From Spirochaetota bacterium (GTDB taxonomy: Bacteria > Spirochaetota > Spirochaetia > Treponematales > UBA12059), in contig JADFDI010000002.1 in NCBI GenBank assembly GCA_018262985.1, forward strand, positions 198,532-262,531: a stretch of 64,000 bases of DNA, written 5' to 3'. Each line of letters starts with the position of its first letter. Position 1 is the first letter of the stretch. Positions 26,023 to 35,367 of this stretch are shown one piece after another. Made by a program: the position numbers and the translations under genes. A model generated the notes under the pieces. The model was given only the letters and a program-made list of their open reading frames with translations. It had not been told where the DNA came from and ran no database searches.

Positions 26023-26655
26023 ATGGACGAAAGACCGGGCTTGCGCGAAACCTTCGGGGCGAGGGAGAGCGCGGCGGGGCTCGCGTTCCTCGCGCTGGCC
26101 GTCGCGCTCTTCTTCCCCGCCAACCTCCTCCTCGAGCGCTTTTATCCCGACCGCCCCCTGGTGCCGGACCTGGCCTTCGACCTCCTTCCCGACATTCCGG
26201 CGCTCGCCTACGCCACCGATCCGATCCTCTTCGTCTCGATCGGCGCGCTGCTCGCCCTGGGACTCGGTCGCGAGCGTCGAAGCCTGCCGCGCTGGCTGCT
26301 GGCCGTCGGCCTCGCCTACCTGCTCCGCCCCTTCCTCATGGTGCTCACGCCGCTCGGTCGGCCCACCGGCAACATGGATTCCTACGGGATCTTCGAGATC
26401 CTCGAGGTGAAGCAGCACGGTATGTTCCCCTCGGGACACATGATGCTCGCGAGCCTGGCGTGGCTGCTAGTCGACAAGGCGCGGAATCCGGGGGCCAAAG
26501 CCCTCCTCCTCGCGTGCGCGCTGCTCGAAGGCGCGACGCTCGTCCTCTCGCGCGGGCATTACTCGATCGACATTGTCGGAGGCTTCCTCGTGGCCTGGTT
26601 CGTGTGGAGCGTCCTGGAAAGGAAGCGCGGGCGCCCCGGAAGCGCCGCTCCGTAG
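26023..26655 (+). CDS. Sphingomyelin-synthase-like (PAP2_C type) membrane phosphotransferase
   Basis: Multi-TM protein. The catalytic-type motifs FPSGH and SRGHYSIDIVGG correspond to SGH and HYTxDV of the SMS/IPC-synthase family. Confidence 0.65.
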   Translation: MDERPGLRETFGARESAAGLAFLALAVALFFPANLLLERFYPDRPLVPDLAFDLLPDIPALAYATDPILFVSIGALLALGLGRERRSLPRWLLAVGLAYLLRPFLMVLTPLGRPTGNMDSYGIFEILEVKQHGMFPSGHMMLASLAWLLVDKARNPGAKALLLACALLEGATLVLSRGHYSIDIVGGFLVAWFVWSVLERKRGRPGSAAP

Positions 26656-26690
26656 ACCCCGAGCGGCGCGACCGGCTATCATCGCCTCCC

Positions 26691-28262
26691 ATGCTGCTCG
26701 TCCATCCACCCTCGGTCCGGACCGTCTCGCCGCCGCTCGCCCTCGCGCGGCTCGCCGCCTTCCTCCGCGCCCGCGGCGTCGAAACCAGGTCGCTCGACTT
26801 GGCGCGGGAGGGCATCGACTGGCTGCTCGCGCGCGGCGGCGCGGAACCGGACGACGGAAACGGCGGAAGCACGGGAGTACGGAACGCGCGCCGGGGGGAC
26901 GGCGCGGACCGGAACCGGTCGCGCGAACGCCGCTTCCTCGAAAGCCTGCACGAGGCGCGCACCTACGCCGACTCCTCGCGCCACGCGCGCGCCGTCCTCG
27001 CGGCGAACCGCGCGCTCAAGCGCCTTTCCTCGCCGCTCGGCGGCGAGGCGGGGCTCGCTGACTATAAGGAAACGGGCCGTTCGCCGCTCCGGAGCGCCGA
27101 TCTCGTCGACGCCGCCCGCAACTGGCGGACGAGCCCTTGGGCCGCGTTCTACGAAAGGCGGGTGCCCGAGGCCCTGTCCGGATTCGACGCCCGCACCGTC
27201 GGCGTCTCCGTCGGCTTCCTGAGCCAGGCCCTGCCGGCCATGGCGCTCGCGGGCTACCTCCGGGAAACCCGGCCGGACCTCGAGCTCGTCGCGGGAGGCG
27301 GCCTCGTCACCTCGTGGTCGGCGAGGCCGGGCTTCGACGCGCGCGCGGCTTTCGGAGGCTACTTCGACGCGGCGCTGCCGGGTCGCGGCGAGGACGCGCT
27401 CGCCGCGAGGCTCGGGCTCGGGTCGGTCGACCCCTTCGGGCTCGCCCCGGACTTCTCGGACTTCTCCGGCCTGCGCTACCTGGCGCCGGTGAAGGTCACG
27501 CCCTGGAACCTGTCCTTCGGCTGTCCGTGGAAACGCTGCGCCTTCTGTCCCGAGCGCGCGGAGGATTCGCAGTACGCCGCCTCGCGCGCCGACGAGGGCA
27601 TGGAGGCGCTCCGGGCCGCCGTCGCGCGAGAAGGCTCGGGCCTCGTGCACATCATGGACAACGAGATCTCGCCGCGACACCTCAAAGCCCTCGCCGAGGG
27701 CGGAGTCGGCGCTCCCTGGTACGGCTTCGCCCGGTTCACGCCGCTCCTCGCGGAGACCGCCTTCTGCCGCAAGCTCGCCGCCTCCGGTTGCGCCATGCTC
27801 CAGCTCGGGCTCGAGTCCGGCGACCAGGCTGTGCTCGACGCGATGGGCAAGGGGACTGAGCTTCGCGTCATCGACGCGGCGCTCCGCTCTCTCGCGGAAG
27901 CCGGCATCAAGACCTACGTCTACCTCCTCTTCGGCACGCCCTCCGAGGACCGCGACTCGGCGCTCCGCACCCGCGACTTCGTTTCGGCGCGCGCGAAGCT
28001 AGTCGACTTCATGAACGTCGCGATCTTCAACATGCCGCTCGGCGGACCGGAGGCGACGGTCCACGGCGACGGCGCCTTCTATGAAGGCGACCTGTCACTC
28101 TACACATCCTTCCGCCATCCGTCGGGGTGGAACCGGGGCGAGGTGCGCCGCTTCCTCGCCTCCGAATTCGGCGCGGAGCCGGGCATCGCCGCGATCCTCG
28201 AGCGCAATCCTCCGGTATTCACTTCCAGCCACGCGCCCTTCCTGCCGGGCAAGGAGAGCTGA
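26691..28262 (+). CDS. B12-binding-domain radical SAM enzyme (class B)
   Basis: Start MLLVHPPSV (Met78 of track ORF). N-terminal Rossmann-like B12 domain. Cys cluster GCPWKRCAFCPE. Lies 35 nt after the PAP2_C gene. Confidence 0.8.
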   Translation: MLLVHPPSVRTVSPPLALARLAAFLRARGVETRSLDLAREGIDWLLARGGAEPDDGNGGSTGVRNARRGDGADRNRSRERRFLESLHEARTYADSSRHARAVLAANRALKRLSSPLGGEAGLADYKETGRSPLRSADLVDAARNWRTSPWAAFYERRVPEALSGFDARTVGVSVGFLSQALPAMALAGYLRETRPDLELVAGGGLVTSWSARPGFDARAAFGGYFDAALPGRGEDALAARLGLGSVDPFGLAPDFSDFSGLRYLAPVKVTPWNLSFGCPWKRCAFCPERAEDSQYAASRADEGMEALRAAVAREGSGLVHIMDNEISPRHLKALAEGGVGAPWYGFARFTPLLAETAFCRKLAASGCAMLQLGLESGDQAVLDAMGKGTELRVIDAALRSLAEAGIKTYVYLLFGTPSEDRDSALRTRDFVSARAKLVDFMNVAIFNMPLGGPEATVHGDGAFYEGDLSLYTSFRHPSGWNRGEVRRFLASEFGAEPGIAAILERNPPVFTSSHAPFLPGKES

Positions 28263-28280
28263 ACGGCGCGGTCGACGGGC

Positions 28281-29171
28281 TCAGGCGGCCGAAACGTCGC
28301 CGCCGCGCGCGAGCAGCCAGGCCCCCGCCAGCACGAGGGCCACCCCGATAACCACGAGGGCAAGGGAAAGGACCGAGGGCGTGAAGGGCGCGTAGACGAG
28401 GAAGAAGACGAGCGGCGGGAAAATCTGGATGGGCACCTGCTGGATCGGTACCACCGCCGAGGCCTTGCCCGACACGAAGGCCCCCTGGATCATGGCTACG
28501 GCGAGTACGTTGGCGGCCGGCACCGCGACGGCCGCCGTAACCAGGGTCGCGAGCGCGGTCGCCCCCGAGCCGAGCCAGGCGACGGAGCCTTGGGCCACGC
28601 CGAGCGCGAAGTTCGAAAGCGCCATCCAGGCCCCGGAAGCCACGGCCAGCGCGATCGCGTTGCCGCCCGCCCCGCGTGCCCGGCCCGAAGCGGCGGAGAC
28701 GAGGGGAGCGAGCGAACCGAGCGCGACCATCGCGGCGGCCATGAGGCCGCTCCGCCCGAGCAGTTCCGCGCCGGCGGGATTCCGGGCGAAGACGTCGACG
28801 GCGAGCCCCGAGGCGCCGATCGCGGCCACCGCGGCCATGATCGCGCCGATGCCGAGCGCCTCGCGCCCTCCGACGCGCTCCCCGCCCCAGCGCGCCGATG
28901 CAAGAGCCAGCACGATAAGTCCCGAGGCCATCACGCCGGGCACGAGCGCCGGGCCGAGCAGGCCGACCGCCGCCAGGTTGAGCGGAGCGCCGAGCGCGAG
29001 CTGGAGAGCGAAGCCCGCGAGCCAGGACCGGTCGCGGAGCAGGCGCGGAAAAAGCGGTCCCGATCCCGCGCGGGCCACCGCCAGCTTCTGCAGGACGAGC
29101 CCGAGGTTGATGGCGGTCGCCGAGGCGAGCGCGGCGGCGAGGCCGAGGGTGAAGCGGGCGGCTGTATCCAT
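28281..29171 (-). CDS. DMT-superfamily membrane protein, NIPA-like putative Mg2+ transporter
   Basis: Start MDTAARFTLG (Met30; Met21 at 29198 is also possible). About nine TM segments. SATAINLGLVLQKLA resembles the NIPA signature. Confidence 0.55.
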   Translation of the reverse strand: MDTAARFTLGLAAALASATAINLGLVLQKLAVARAGSGPLFPRLLRDRSWLAGFALQLALGAPLNLAAVGLLGPALVPGVMASGLIVLALASARWGGERVGGREALGIGAIMAAVAAIGASGLAVDVFARNPAGAELLGRSGLMAAAMVALGSLAPLVSAASGRARGAGGNAIALAVASGAWMALSNFALGVAQGSVAWLGSGATALATLVTAAVAVPAANVLAVAMIQGAFVSGKASAVVPIQQVPIQIFPPLVFFLVYAPFTPSVLSLALVVIGVALVLAGAWLLARGGDVSAA

Positions 29172-29314
29172 GGGTCGTCCTCCGGGAGCGCCGTCCATTG
29201 TGACGCCGCCTGATTTTACGCGTGGAAACGTTGCTTTTTGGACGAAACGGCGACACAATATCGTCCGGAAGCCGCTCGGCTTTCAATCCATATAGTTTTC
29301 CGGAGGCACTTTCC

Positions 29315-29833
29315 ATGAAAAAGGCAATCCTTGCCGTCCTCATCCTCGCCCTGCTCGCGGGCGGGGCTTTCGCCCAGAAACTCGACGCCCGCATGGCGCC
29401 CGGCGACTTCGCCGCCCGCATCGGCGTAGGCTGGGGCGGCGCCTCCGGCGGCGCCGAGCTCATGTTCGCCCAGGTCGACATCGCGGACATGATCCCCATC
29501 GGCTTCGGCGCCGCGGCCCGCGGCTACATCGATCCCGGCATCTTCTGGGGCGGCATGGTCTTCGGCGCCGGCGGCTATGCCACAGTGCACTTCGGCCTGA
29601 CCGGCCTCGACCTTCCGCCCGAGCTCGAGTGGGTCAACAACTTCGACTGGTACGCCGCGCTCGGCCTTTCCATGTCCGTCGGCACCTGGGGCGGCCTCGG
29701 CATCTCCTCGTTCGAGGGCGTCAGCTATTTCCTGAACGAGAAGCTCGCGCTCAATGCCGAGTACGCGTACCTCGGCAGCTTCAACAACGGTTCCTACTGG
29801 TTCAGCACCTTCGGCGTGGTCCTCAAGTTCTGA
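29315..29833 (+). CDS. Small secreted outer-membrane beta-barrel-type protein
   Basis: Signal peptide MKKAILAVLILALLAGGAFA/Q with GGAGG upstream. Gly/aromatic-rich beta pattern. C-terminal Phe (VVLKF). Confidence 0.6.
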   Translation: MKKAILAVLILALLAGGAFAQKLDARMAPGDFAARIGVGWGGASGGAELMFAQVDIADMIPIGFGAAARGYIDPGIFWGGMVFGAGGYATVHFGLTGLDLPPELEWVNNFDWYAALGLSMSVGTWGGLGISSFEGVSYFLNEKLALNAEYAYLGSFNNGSYWFSTFGVVLKF

Positions 29834-29854
29834 GCGGCACGCGCCTAACGAGCA

Positions 29855-29881
29855 AAGCCCCGGCCCGTGCCGGGGCTTTTT
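29855..29881 (+). terminator. Rho-independent terminator
   Basis: AAGCCCCGGC and GCCGGGGCTT form the stem with loop CCGT, followed by a T-run, 22 nt after the TGA. Confidence 0.8.
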
Positions 29882-29987
29882 CGTGCCCGTGCCATGCCAG
29901 CCTGATCCCCCTGTGACGGCTCACAGACGCGGAGCGCGCCTTGCCCCGCGCGCCGCCACCCCCTATAATCCGCGCGAGGGGGAACCC

Positions 29988-31094
29988 ATGAAAGCTCGCT
30001 TCATCGCCTGCGTCGCGCTCTCCATCATCGCCGTCGCCGCGCTCCCCGCGCAGGGACTCGGCTTCTCGTTCATCGGCCCCCGGCTCAATTTCACCTTCGG
30101 CTTTCCGATCCCCGCGGGCGCCGACGTCGAGCTCTCGCTCCCCGTCGCCCCGACCCCGCGCGGTCCGCTGGAGGCCGTGCTGCGCCTCGGCGCGGGCTAC
30201 GAGGACCAGTACCTCCTCCGCGACGACGCGACCGGCGCGCCGCTTTCCCCGGCGGCCGCTCCGGTCTACCAGGCGGCGAACGCGCAGTGGGACCTCGGCG
30301 TCCGGGTTCCGCTCCTCGGCGGACAGGACCCCCGGCTTTTCGAGGCCTTCGCCGCCTGGCGCGGCCGCTACGACCGGCGCTTCAACGATTTCGGCACGGC
30401 GGTCTTCGAGGACGCGCGCGGACTCTTCGGAAACGCCCTTCTCGCCGGGCTCGCCTGGAACGGCTCGGGCGCCGATTCCCGCCGGGTCAGGTCGGGCCTC
30501 GACGCGGAGTGGAGCCTGGATTGGAGTCCCGCGGGATTCTCGAGCGTCGAGGCGGACTACCTCAGGCTGAACGCCCAGGCGAGGTACTTCATCCCGCTGT
30601 TTTCCGCGGGCTCGGGCGAGCTCAACCGTTTCTCCGCCTACGTTGCCTCGTTCGCCTCGGTCGACTGGGCGACGGGCACGGACATACCCATCCACGTGCT
30701 CCAGTCCTTCGGCGGGCGCGAGCTCCGGAGCGGGCTCGGCGGCTCGCTGCGCGGGTACCCCTCGAAGTCCTTCGACGCCGCCTTCAAGGCCGTGGCCAAC
30801 CTCGAGCTCAGGCTGCTCGGTCCCGCGATGTTCTCCCTTCCCTGGTTCATGCCCATCGTCTACGGCTTCTACGACGCGGGCTTCTACGACGGCCTCCCGG
30901 AATCCGCCGGACGCGAAGGATCGAGCGGCTTCATAGCCTCGGCGGGCGGCGGCTTCGCGCTCGACATCGTCGACTTCGCCTTCGCGGGCTTCAAGGCCGG
31001 CGTCCTCCTGCCCGGCGCCGACGCGCTCTTCCCGGTCTACGCCCCGCAAGGCGAGACCTTCTTCTTCTCGATCGAGTTCCTGCTCCATTTCTGA
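29988..31094 (+). CDS. Outer-membrane beta-barrel protein (Omp85/surface-antigen-like barrel without POTRA domains)
   Basis: Signal peptide MKARFIACVALSIIAVAALPA/Q. Contains an LRGYP motif, alternating strands and a terminal Phe (EFLLHF). Confidence 0.6.
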   Translation: MKARFIACVALSIIAVAALPAQGLGFSFIGPRLNFTFGFPIPAGADVELSLPVAPTPRGPLEAVLRLGAGYEDQYLLRDDATGAPLSPAAAPVYQAANAQWDLGVRVPLLGGQDPRLFEAFAAWRGRYDRRFNDFGTAVFEDARGLFGNALLAGLAWNGSGADSRRVRSGLDAEWSLDWSPAGFSSVEADYLRLNAQARYFIPLFSAGSGELNRFSAYVASFASVDWATGTDIPIHVLQSFGGRELRSGLGGSLRGYPSKSFDAAFKAVANLELRLLGPAMFSLPWFMPIVYGFYDAGFYDGLPESAGREGSSGFIASAGGGFALDIVDFAFAGFKAGVLLPGADALFPVYAPQGETFFFSIEFLLHF

Positions 31095-31151
31095 GCTTCC
31101 GCGCGGCCGGCCGGATCCCGGGTGGCCGCGTCGCGAGGCAGCGGAACGGAA

Positions 31152-31184
31152 ACGGACGGCGCCCGTCGCGCCGTCCGTTTTTTT
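31152..31184 (+). terminator. Rho-independent terminator
   Basis: ACGGACGGCGC and GCGCCGTCCGT form a perfect 11-bp stem with a 5-nt loop, followed by T7. Confidence 0.85.
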
Positions 31185-31432
31185 GCCCGCTTCGCAAGCG
31201 GGGCGCCGATTCCCGGCGGTATGCGGGGCATGGAGGTACGCCATGCCGTCATACGCCTTCCCGAGGACCCGGGCCCGCCTCGTCGAGCTCGGCTATCCCG
31301 CCCCGCTCGCGGAGGCCTTGCTGGGCCTCGCCGCCGCCCTGGAGCCCGGTCGCCGGACGAGGACCCCGAACCGCCCGAAGCCCGCGCGCCCGCTGCCGCC
31401 CGCTCCCTCGGCGTCCGCGGCCGCGTCCGCGC

Positions 31433-31813
31433 TCAGCGCCGGACGAGCCGCATGCCGGCCAGGCAGAGCAGCGCGCCCCCGGCCACGGTGAAGAGCGGGT
31501 AGAGCGCCGCCCTGAAATGCGATCCGCCCCGCAGGAAGCCGGCGGTCTCGAACGAGAGCGCGCTCAGGGTGGTGAAGCCCCCGAGCGCCCCGGTGACGAG
31601 CGCGAGGCGGAGCTCGCGCGGCAGGCGCCCTGCGCCGACCAGCTCGCCCAGCACGCCGATGGCGAAGGAGCCCGCCAGGTTCACCGCGAGCGTCGCCCAG
31701 GGCAGGGCCTGCGCCGGCGCGAGCGCGGCGGTCGCGAGGGCGACGAGCCAGCGGAGCAGCGACCCGAGGCCGCCGCCCGCGAATACCATCAGGGCGTCGC
31801 GCAGTCCTTTCAT
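31433..31813 (-). CDS. crcB: Fluoride ion channel CrcB/FluC
   Basis: 126 aa, starting MKGLRDALMVFAGGGLGSLLRW. Contains TLAVNLAGSFAIG and GALGGFTTLSALSFE, the CrcB signatures. Confidence 0.85.
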   Translation of the reverse strand: MKGLRDALMVFAGGGLGSLLRWLVALATAALAPAQALPWATLAVNLAGSFAIGVLGELVGAGRLPRELRLALVTGALGGFTTLSALSFETAGFLRGGSHFRAALYPLFTVAGGALLCLAGMRLVRR

Positions 31814-31938
31814 GCATCCTCCGCTTGCCCTCGGACGGGCCGGCATCTATTACCATGCGCGGCCGCCCGAAGTCGATTCCCGCCGCGCGCGCGTCGATCG
31901 GGGAGCCCGGTTCCGTTCACGCCTTTCGTCCCGCGCCC

Positions 31939-31968
31939 TTGAGAACCCCGGCCGGCCTCGGCTATACT
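31939..31968 (+). promoter_or_regulatory. Candidate sigma70-type promoter of tyrS
   Basis: TTGAGA (31939-44), 18-nt spacer, TATACT (31963-68), 62 nt before the ATG. Confidence 0.35.
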
Positions 31969-32030
31969 CCCCGGACGCGGCGCCCGCCTCGCGGCAGCCC
32001 GCGCATTCCGGAACCCACGGAGCCATCGAC

Positions 32031-33257
32031 ATGAACGCGGCGCTCGAGACCCTCAAGGAACGCGGATTCATCCAGCAGTGCACCGACCTCGAAGGCCTTT
32101 CCAAGGCCATGGACTCCGGTCCCGTCACCTTCTATGAAGGCTGCGATCCCACGGGCCCCTCGCTGCACATCGGCCACATGGTGCCGTACTTCGCCATGCG
32201 CCACCTCCACGAGGCGGGCCACGTGGCCATCGTCCTCATGGGCGGCGGCACCGCGCGCATCGGCGACCCCTCGGGCAAGACCAGCATGCGACAGATCATC
32301 TCGTACGAGGAGATCGACGCCAACGCCGCGCGCTTCCTGGGGCAGATCGACCGCTTCCTCAAGCTCGACGGCAAGACCATGTACTCCGAGAACAACAAGA
32401 CCTGGCTCGCGGACTTGAACTACATCGACTTCCTGCGCGACATCGGCCGCCACTTCTCGGTCAACCGCATGCTCTCGTTCGAGGCCTACAGGCAGCGCAT
32501 GGAGACGGGGCTCTCCTTCATCGAGTTCAACTACCAGCTCCTCCAGAGCTACGACTTCCTCCAGCTCTACAAGCGGAACGGCTGCACGCTCCAGATCGGC
32601 GGCGACGACCAGTGGGGCAACATCGTCGCGGGCATCGAGCTGATCCGCCGCGTCGAGGGCGGCGAGGCCTTCGGCCTCACGTTCCCGCTCGTCATGACGA
32701 GCGACGGCAAGAAGATGGGCAAGACCGAGAAGGGCGCGCTCTTCCTCGACCCCGAAATGACCACGCCCTACGAGTTCTTCCAGTACTGGCGGAACGTCCA
32801 GGACGCCGACCTCGATAAGTTCCTGAAGATGTTCACCTTCCTGCCCATGGCGGACATCGCCGCGCTCCGCGCCCCGGGCGCCGATCCCAACGCCGCCAAG
32901 GAGCGGCTCGCGTACGAGGTCACCGCGCTCATCCACGGCAAGGACGAGGCGGAAAAGGCGCTCGCTGGCGCCAAGGCCGCGTTCGGGGGCGGCGGCGACA
33001 AGTCCGCCATGCCCACCGTGGAACTGCCGCGTTCGCGCTTCGAAGCGGGCTTCCCCGTCCTCGACCTCTTCGTCGAGGCGGGGCTCGCGCCGACCAAGAG
33101 CGAGGCCCGGCGCCTCGTCCAGCAGGGCGGCGCCCTCGTCGGCGAGACGGCCTGGAAGGACGAGAAGGCCGCGGTCGGCGCCGGGCTGCTCGACGCGGAC
33201 GGCGAGCTCGTCCTCCGCGCCGGCAAGAAGCGCTTCGCCCGCGTCGTCGCGAGATAG
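32031..33257 (+). CDS. tyrS: Tyrosine--tRNA ligase
   Basis: Starts MNAALETLKERGFIQQCTD. HIGH motif as LHIGH, KMSKS as KMGKT, and a C-terminal S4-like domain. Confidence 0.95.
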   Translation: MNAALETLKERGFIQQCTDLEGLSKAMDSGPVTFYEGCDPTGPSLHIGHMVPYFAMRHLHEAGHVAIVLMGGGTARIGDPSGKTSMRQIISYEEIDANAARFLGQIDRFLKLDGKTMYSENNKTWLADLNYIDFLRDIGRHFSVNRMLSFEAYRQRMETGLSFIEFNYQLLQSYDFLQLYKRNGCTLQIGGDDQWGNIVAGIELIRRVEGGEAFGLTFPLVMTSDGKKMGKTEKGALFLDPEMTTPYEFFQYWRNVQDADLDKFLKMFTFLPMADIAALRAPGADPNAAKERLAYEVTALIHGKDEAEKALAGAKAAFGGGGDKSAMPTVELPRSRFEAGFPVLDLFVEAGLAPTKSEARRLVQQGGALVGETAWKDEKAAVGAGLLDADGELVLRAGKKRFARVVAR

Positions 33258-33361
33258 GTTTCGGAAAGGGAAGGGGGCAGGGCCCGGAGGCTTCACCGCG
33301 AGGTCGAGCCTCCCGTGGCCGGGCCCGCCTTCGGAGCGCGGACGCCTTCGTCCGGGAAAAT

Positions 33362-33403
33362 GCGACGGCCGTCCGGGGGTGCTGCCCCTCGGACGGCCGT
33401 CGC
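33362..33403. terminator. Bidirectional terminator hairpin between tyrS and plsC-like gene
   Basis: GCGACGGCCGTCCG and CGGACGGCCGTCGC form a perfect 14-bp stem, flanked by AAAAT on the 5' side and GTTT on the 3' side. Confidence 0.7.
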
Positions 33404-33438
33404 GTTTACCGATACCCGCCGCGGCGGATTTCGGCGTG

Positions 33439-34260
33439 CTAATCGCCCGCCGCCCGGTCTCCGCCCGGCTCGGCGATCGCGGCGCCCCACTCGCGCAGGC
33501 GTCCCTCGATCCACTCGACGCATTTCTCGTGCTCGGCCTTGCCGCGCCCGGATACCGCCATCGCGTCGCCGAACTCGAGGTGCACCGGACGGTCGCGGCG
33601 CACGGGACCGAAGCCGCGGAAGAGCGGCGAGTTCCCCCAATAATCGGTCTTGAGGGCCACGGGCATGACCGGCACGCCCGCGCGGATGGCCAGCTTGACC
33701 CCGAGGCTGTTGAACTTCGAGCGCTCGAAAAGGTCGGTGCGCGTCCCCTGCGGGAAGATGATGATGGACCGGCCCTCGCCGAGTATGCGCGTGCCTTCCG
33801 TCAGCACCTTTTCGAGATCGCCTCGCGGATCCCTCCGGGTCACGGCGATCGGGTCGCGCGAGCGCATGATCGGCCCCCAGATCGGTCCCTTCATCAGCTT
33901 CTCCTTGACCACGTAGGTGACGGGCCGGATCGGTTGTATCAGGCCCGGCAGGACCGTGGTCTCGAAGGTGCTCATGTGGTTCGCCACGAAAACGGCGGGC
34001 CCGGTCAGCGCGCGCACCTTGTCGAGGCCGGAGATGCGGAACTTCGCCCCGCAGCGCTCGAGGCGCTCGATCACGTCGAGCGAGCTGGCGGCCCATGCCG
34101 CGTCGTCGTAGAGGCCCTTGAGGGCGAGGGCGCGGGCGCGGAACATCACGCCGAAAAAGTTGGTGTAGGGACTCCAGCGGGTCCGCAGCATCAGGTATTC
34201 GCGGAGGCAGGGGCGCACGCCCTCGGGGGTTTCGTAGCGGTCGCCTTCGATCGGTTTCAT
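33439..34260 (-). CDS. 1-acyl-sn-glycerol-3-phosphate acyltransferase family (PlsC-like)
   Basis: Starts MKPIEGDRYE. Acyltransferase motifs NHMSTFE (HX4D/E) and FPQGTR. Confidence 0.8.
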   Translation of the reverse strand: MKPIEGDRYETPEGVRPCLREYLMLRTRWSPYTNFFGVMFRARALALKGLYDDAAWAASSLDVIERLERCGAKFRISGLDKVRALTGPAVFVANHMSTFETTVLPGLIQPIRPVTYVVKEKLMKGPIWGPIMRSRDPIAVTRRDPRGDLEKVLTEGTRILGEGRSIIIFPQGTRTDLFERSKFNSLGVKLAIRAGVPVMPVALKTDYWGNSPLFRGFGPVRRDRPVHLEFGDAMAVSGRGKAEHEKCVEWIEGRLREWGAAIAEPGGDRAAGD

Positions 34261-34332
34261 GCTCGCTTGTCTCCTCGAGGCAAAGCTTATACCATCGGAG
34301 GCGCGTCGCGCCAAGCCGCGCGCCTCCGGGAG

Positions 34333-35277
34333 GTGAGCCTGCAGTCCCGCGTCCGCGCCTGCCTTTGGGCGCTCCCGATCCCTCTCCTCGCCCTGGCCTG
34401 CGCGGGCGCGCCGCGGTCCCGCGCCGAAACGCCGGCGGCGGTTCCCGACGCCGCTGCGGTCGCGCTCGGCGGCTTTTCTTTCGTCCTCTCGGGCTCGCGC
34501 GAACTCGCGCCCGGCATCCGTTGGGACGCCTTCGAGGCGAGCCGCCCGCGCCGTCAGGCGCTCCACGTGGTCACGGTGGCGGCCGGGTCCCTGTCCGCCG
34601 CGGGCGCGTGGCGGGCGGTCGCGCTCGTCGGGCCCGACCCGGACGGCGCGGGGCCGGCCGAAGCGGCGCTCCGCGACCCGCTCGAGGAGGCCGTCGCTTC
34701 CGGAGCCCTCGTCCTGGTCAACGCCAACGGCTTCTCCTTCCTCGGCGCCGCGGGGATGGAGGAACCGTACTTCCCCTACGATGAGGGGAGGCCGGTCGAC
34801 ATTTTCGGCCACGCCGCGGAAGGCGGCGTCCTCCGATCCCCGCCCCAAGGCAGCATGCCGAGCCTACGAGTCGATCATGAAGGCCTGGTTTCGGTCGGAT
34901 CGGGCGGAGGCGACTGGCAGGCGGTCTCCGGTTTCGGCGCTCTCGTTCAAGGCGGGCGCGTCGTGCCGGTACCGGGAGGCGAGCGCCACCCTCGCACCGC
35001 GGCTGGCGTCGACGCGGAAGGCGGATTGATCCTCTTGGTCGCCGATGGTCGCGATCCCTTCCGCGGACCGGGCTTGACCCTCGAGGAGCTCGCGCGCGTC
35101 CTCCTCGACCTCGGTTGCGTCGAGGCGCTCAACCTCGACGGCGGCGGATCGTCCGCGCTGGTCCTGCGCGGCCCGGACGGGATCGCGCGCATAGCCAACA
35201 AGCCTTCCGATCTGGGCTTCCCGCGTTTCGCCCTGCGACCCGTCCCGGTCATGTTCGCGATCGTGCCGGCGCCGTGA
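34333..35277 (+). CDS. Phosphodiester glycosidase family protein (NAGPA/DUF2233-like), probable lipoprotein
   Basis: LNLDGGGSS motif. N-terminal LLALAC lipobox-like signal. The GTG start at 34333 is uncertain because no spaced SD is present. Confidence 0.6.
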   Translation: MSLQSRVRACLWALPIPLLALACAGAPRSRAETPAAVPDAAAVALGGFSFVLSGSRELAPGIRWDAFEASRPRRQALHVVTVAAGSLSAAGAWRAVALVGPDPDGAGPAEAALRDPLEEAVASGALVLVNANGFSFLGAAGMEEPYFPYDEGRPVDIFGHAAEGGVLRSPPQGSMPSLRVDHEGLVSVGSGGGDWQAVSGFGALVQGGRVVPVPGGERHPRTAAGVDAEGGLILLVADGRDPFRGPGLTLEELARVLLDLGCVEALNLDGGGSSALVLRGPDGIARIANKPSDLGFPRFALRPVPVMFAIVPAP

Positions 35278-35367
35278 GCGCGTTCGCTGGCTGCTCCGAA
35301 AGTTTCCGGCGAGCGGTTCGGGGCCCGTCGCAACGTCGCGGCGGCACCAAGGCGCCGTATGTATGAT

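Noticed and set aside
31243-31491. 82-codon plus-strand ORF (MPSYAFPRTRARLVELGYPAPLAEALL...) after the terminator at 31152-31184, overlapping the crcB 3' end
   Set aside because: High GC3 is suggestive. However, there is no SD and the second half is low-complexity. It has a 59-nt convergent overlap with crcB and no recognisable motif. Evidence is insufficient to annotate it.
31814-32030. Possible fluoride riboswitch in the 217-nt region upstream of crcB (minus strand)
   Set aside because: crcB is the classic riboswitch target, and a fragment UAAUAGAUGCC vaguely recalls the conserved UAAUGAUGCCUAC. I could not find the 5' GGNGAUGG...CNCC stem, the AAAC(C)GC linker or a complementary pseudoknot partner. 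A covariance-model search with the fluoride (crcB) riboswitch family would be decisive. By eye it is not supported.
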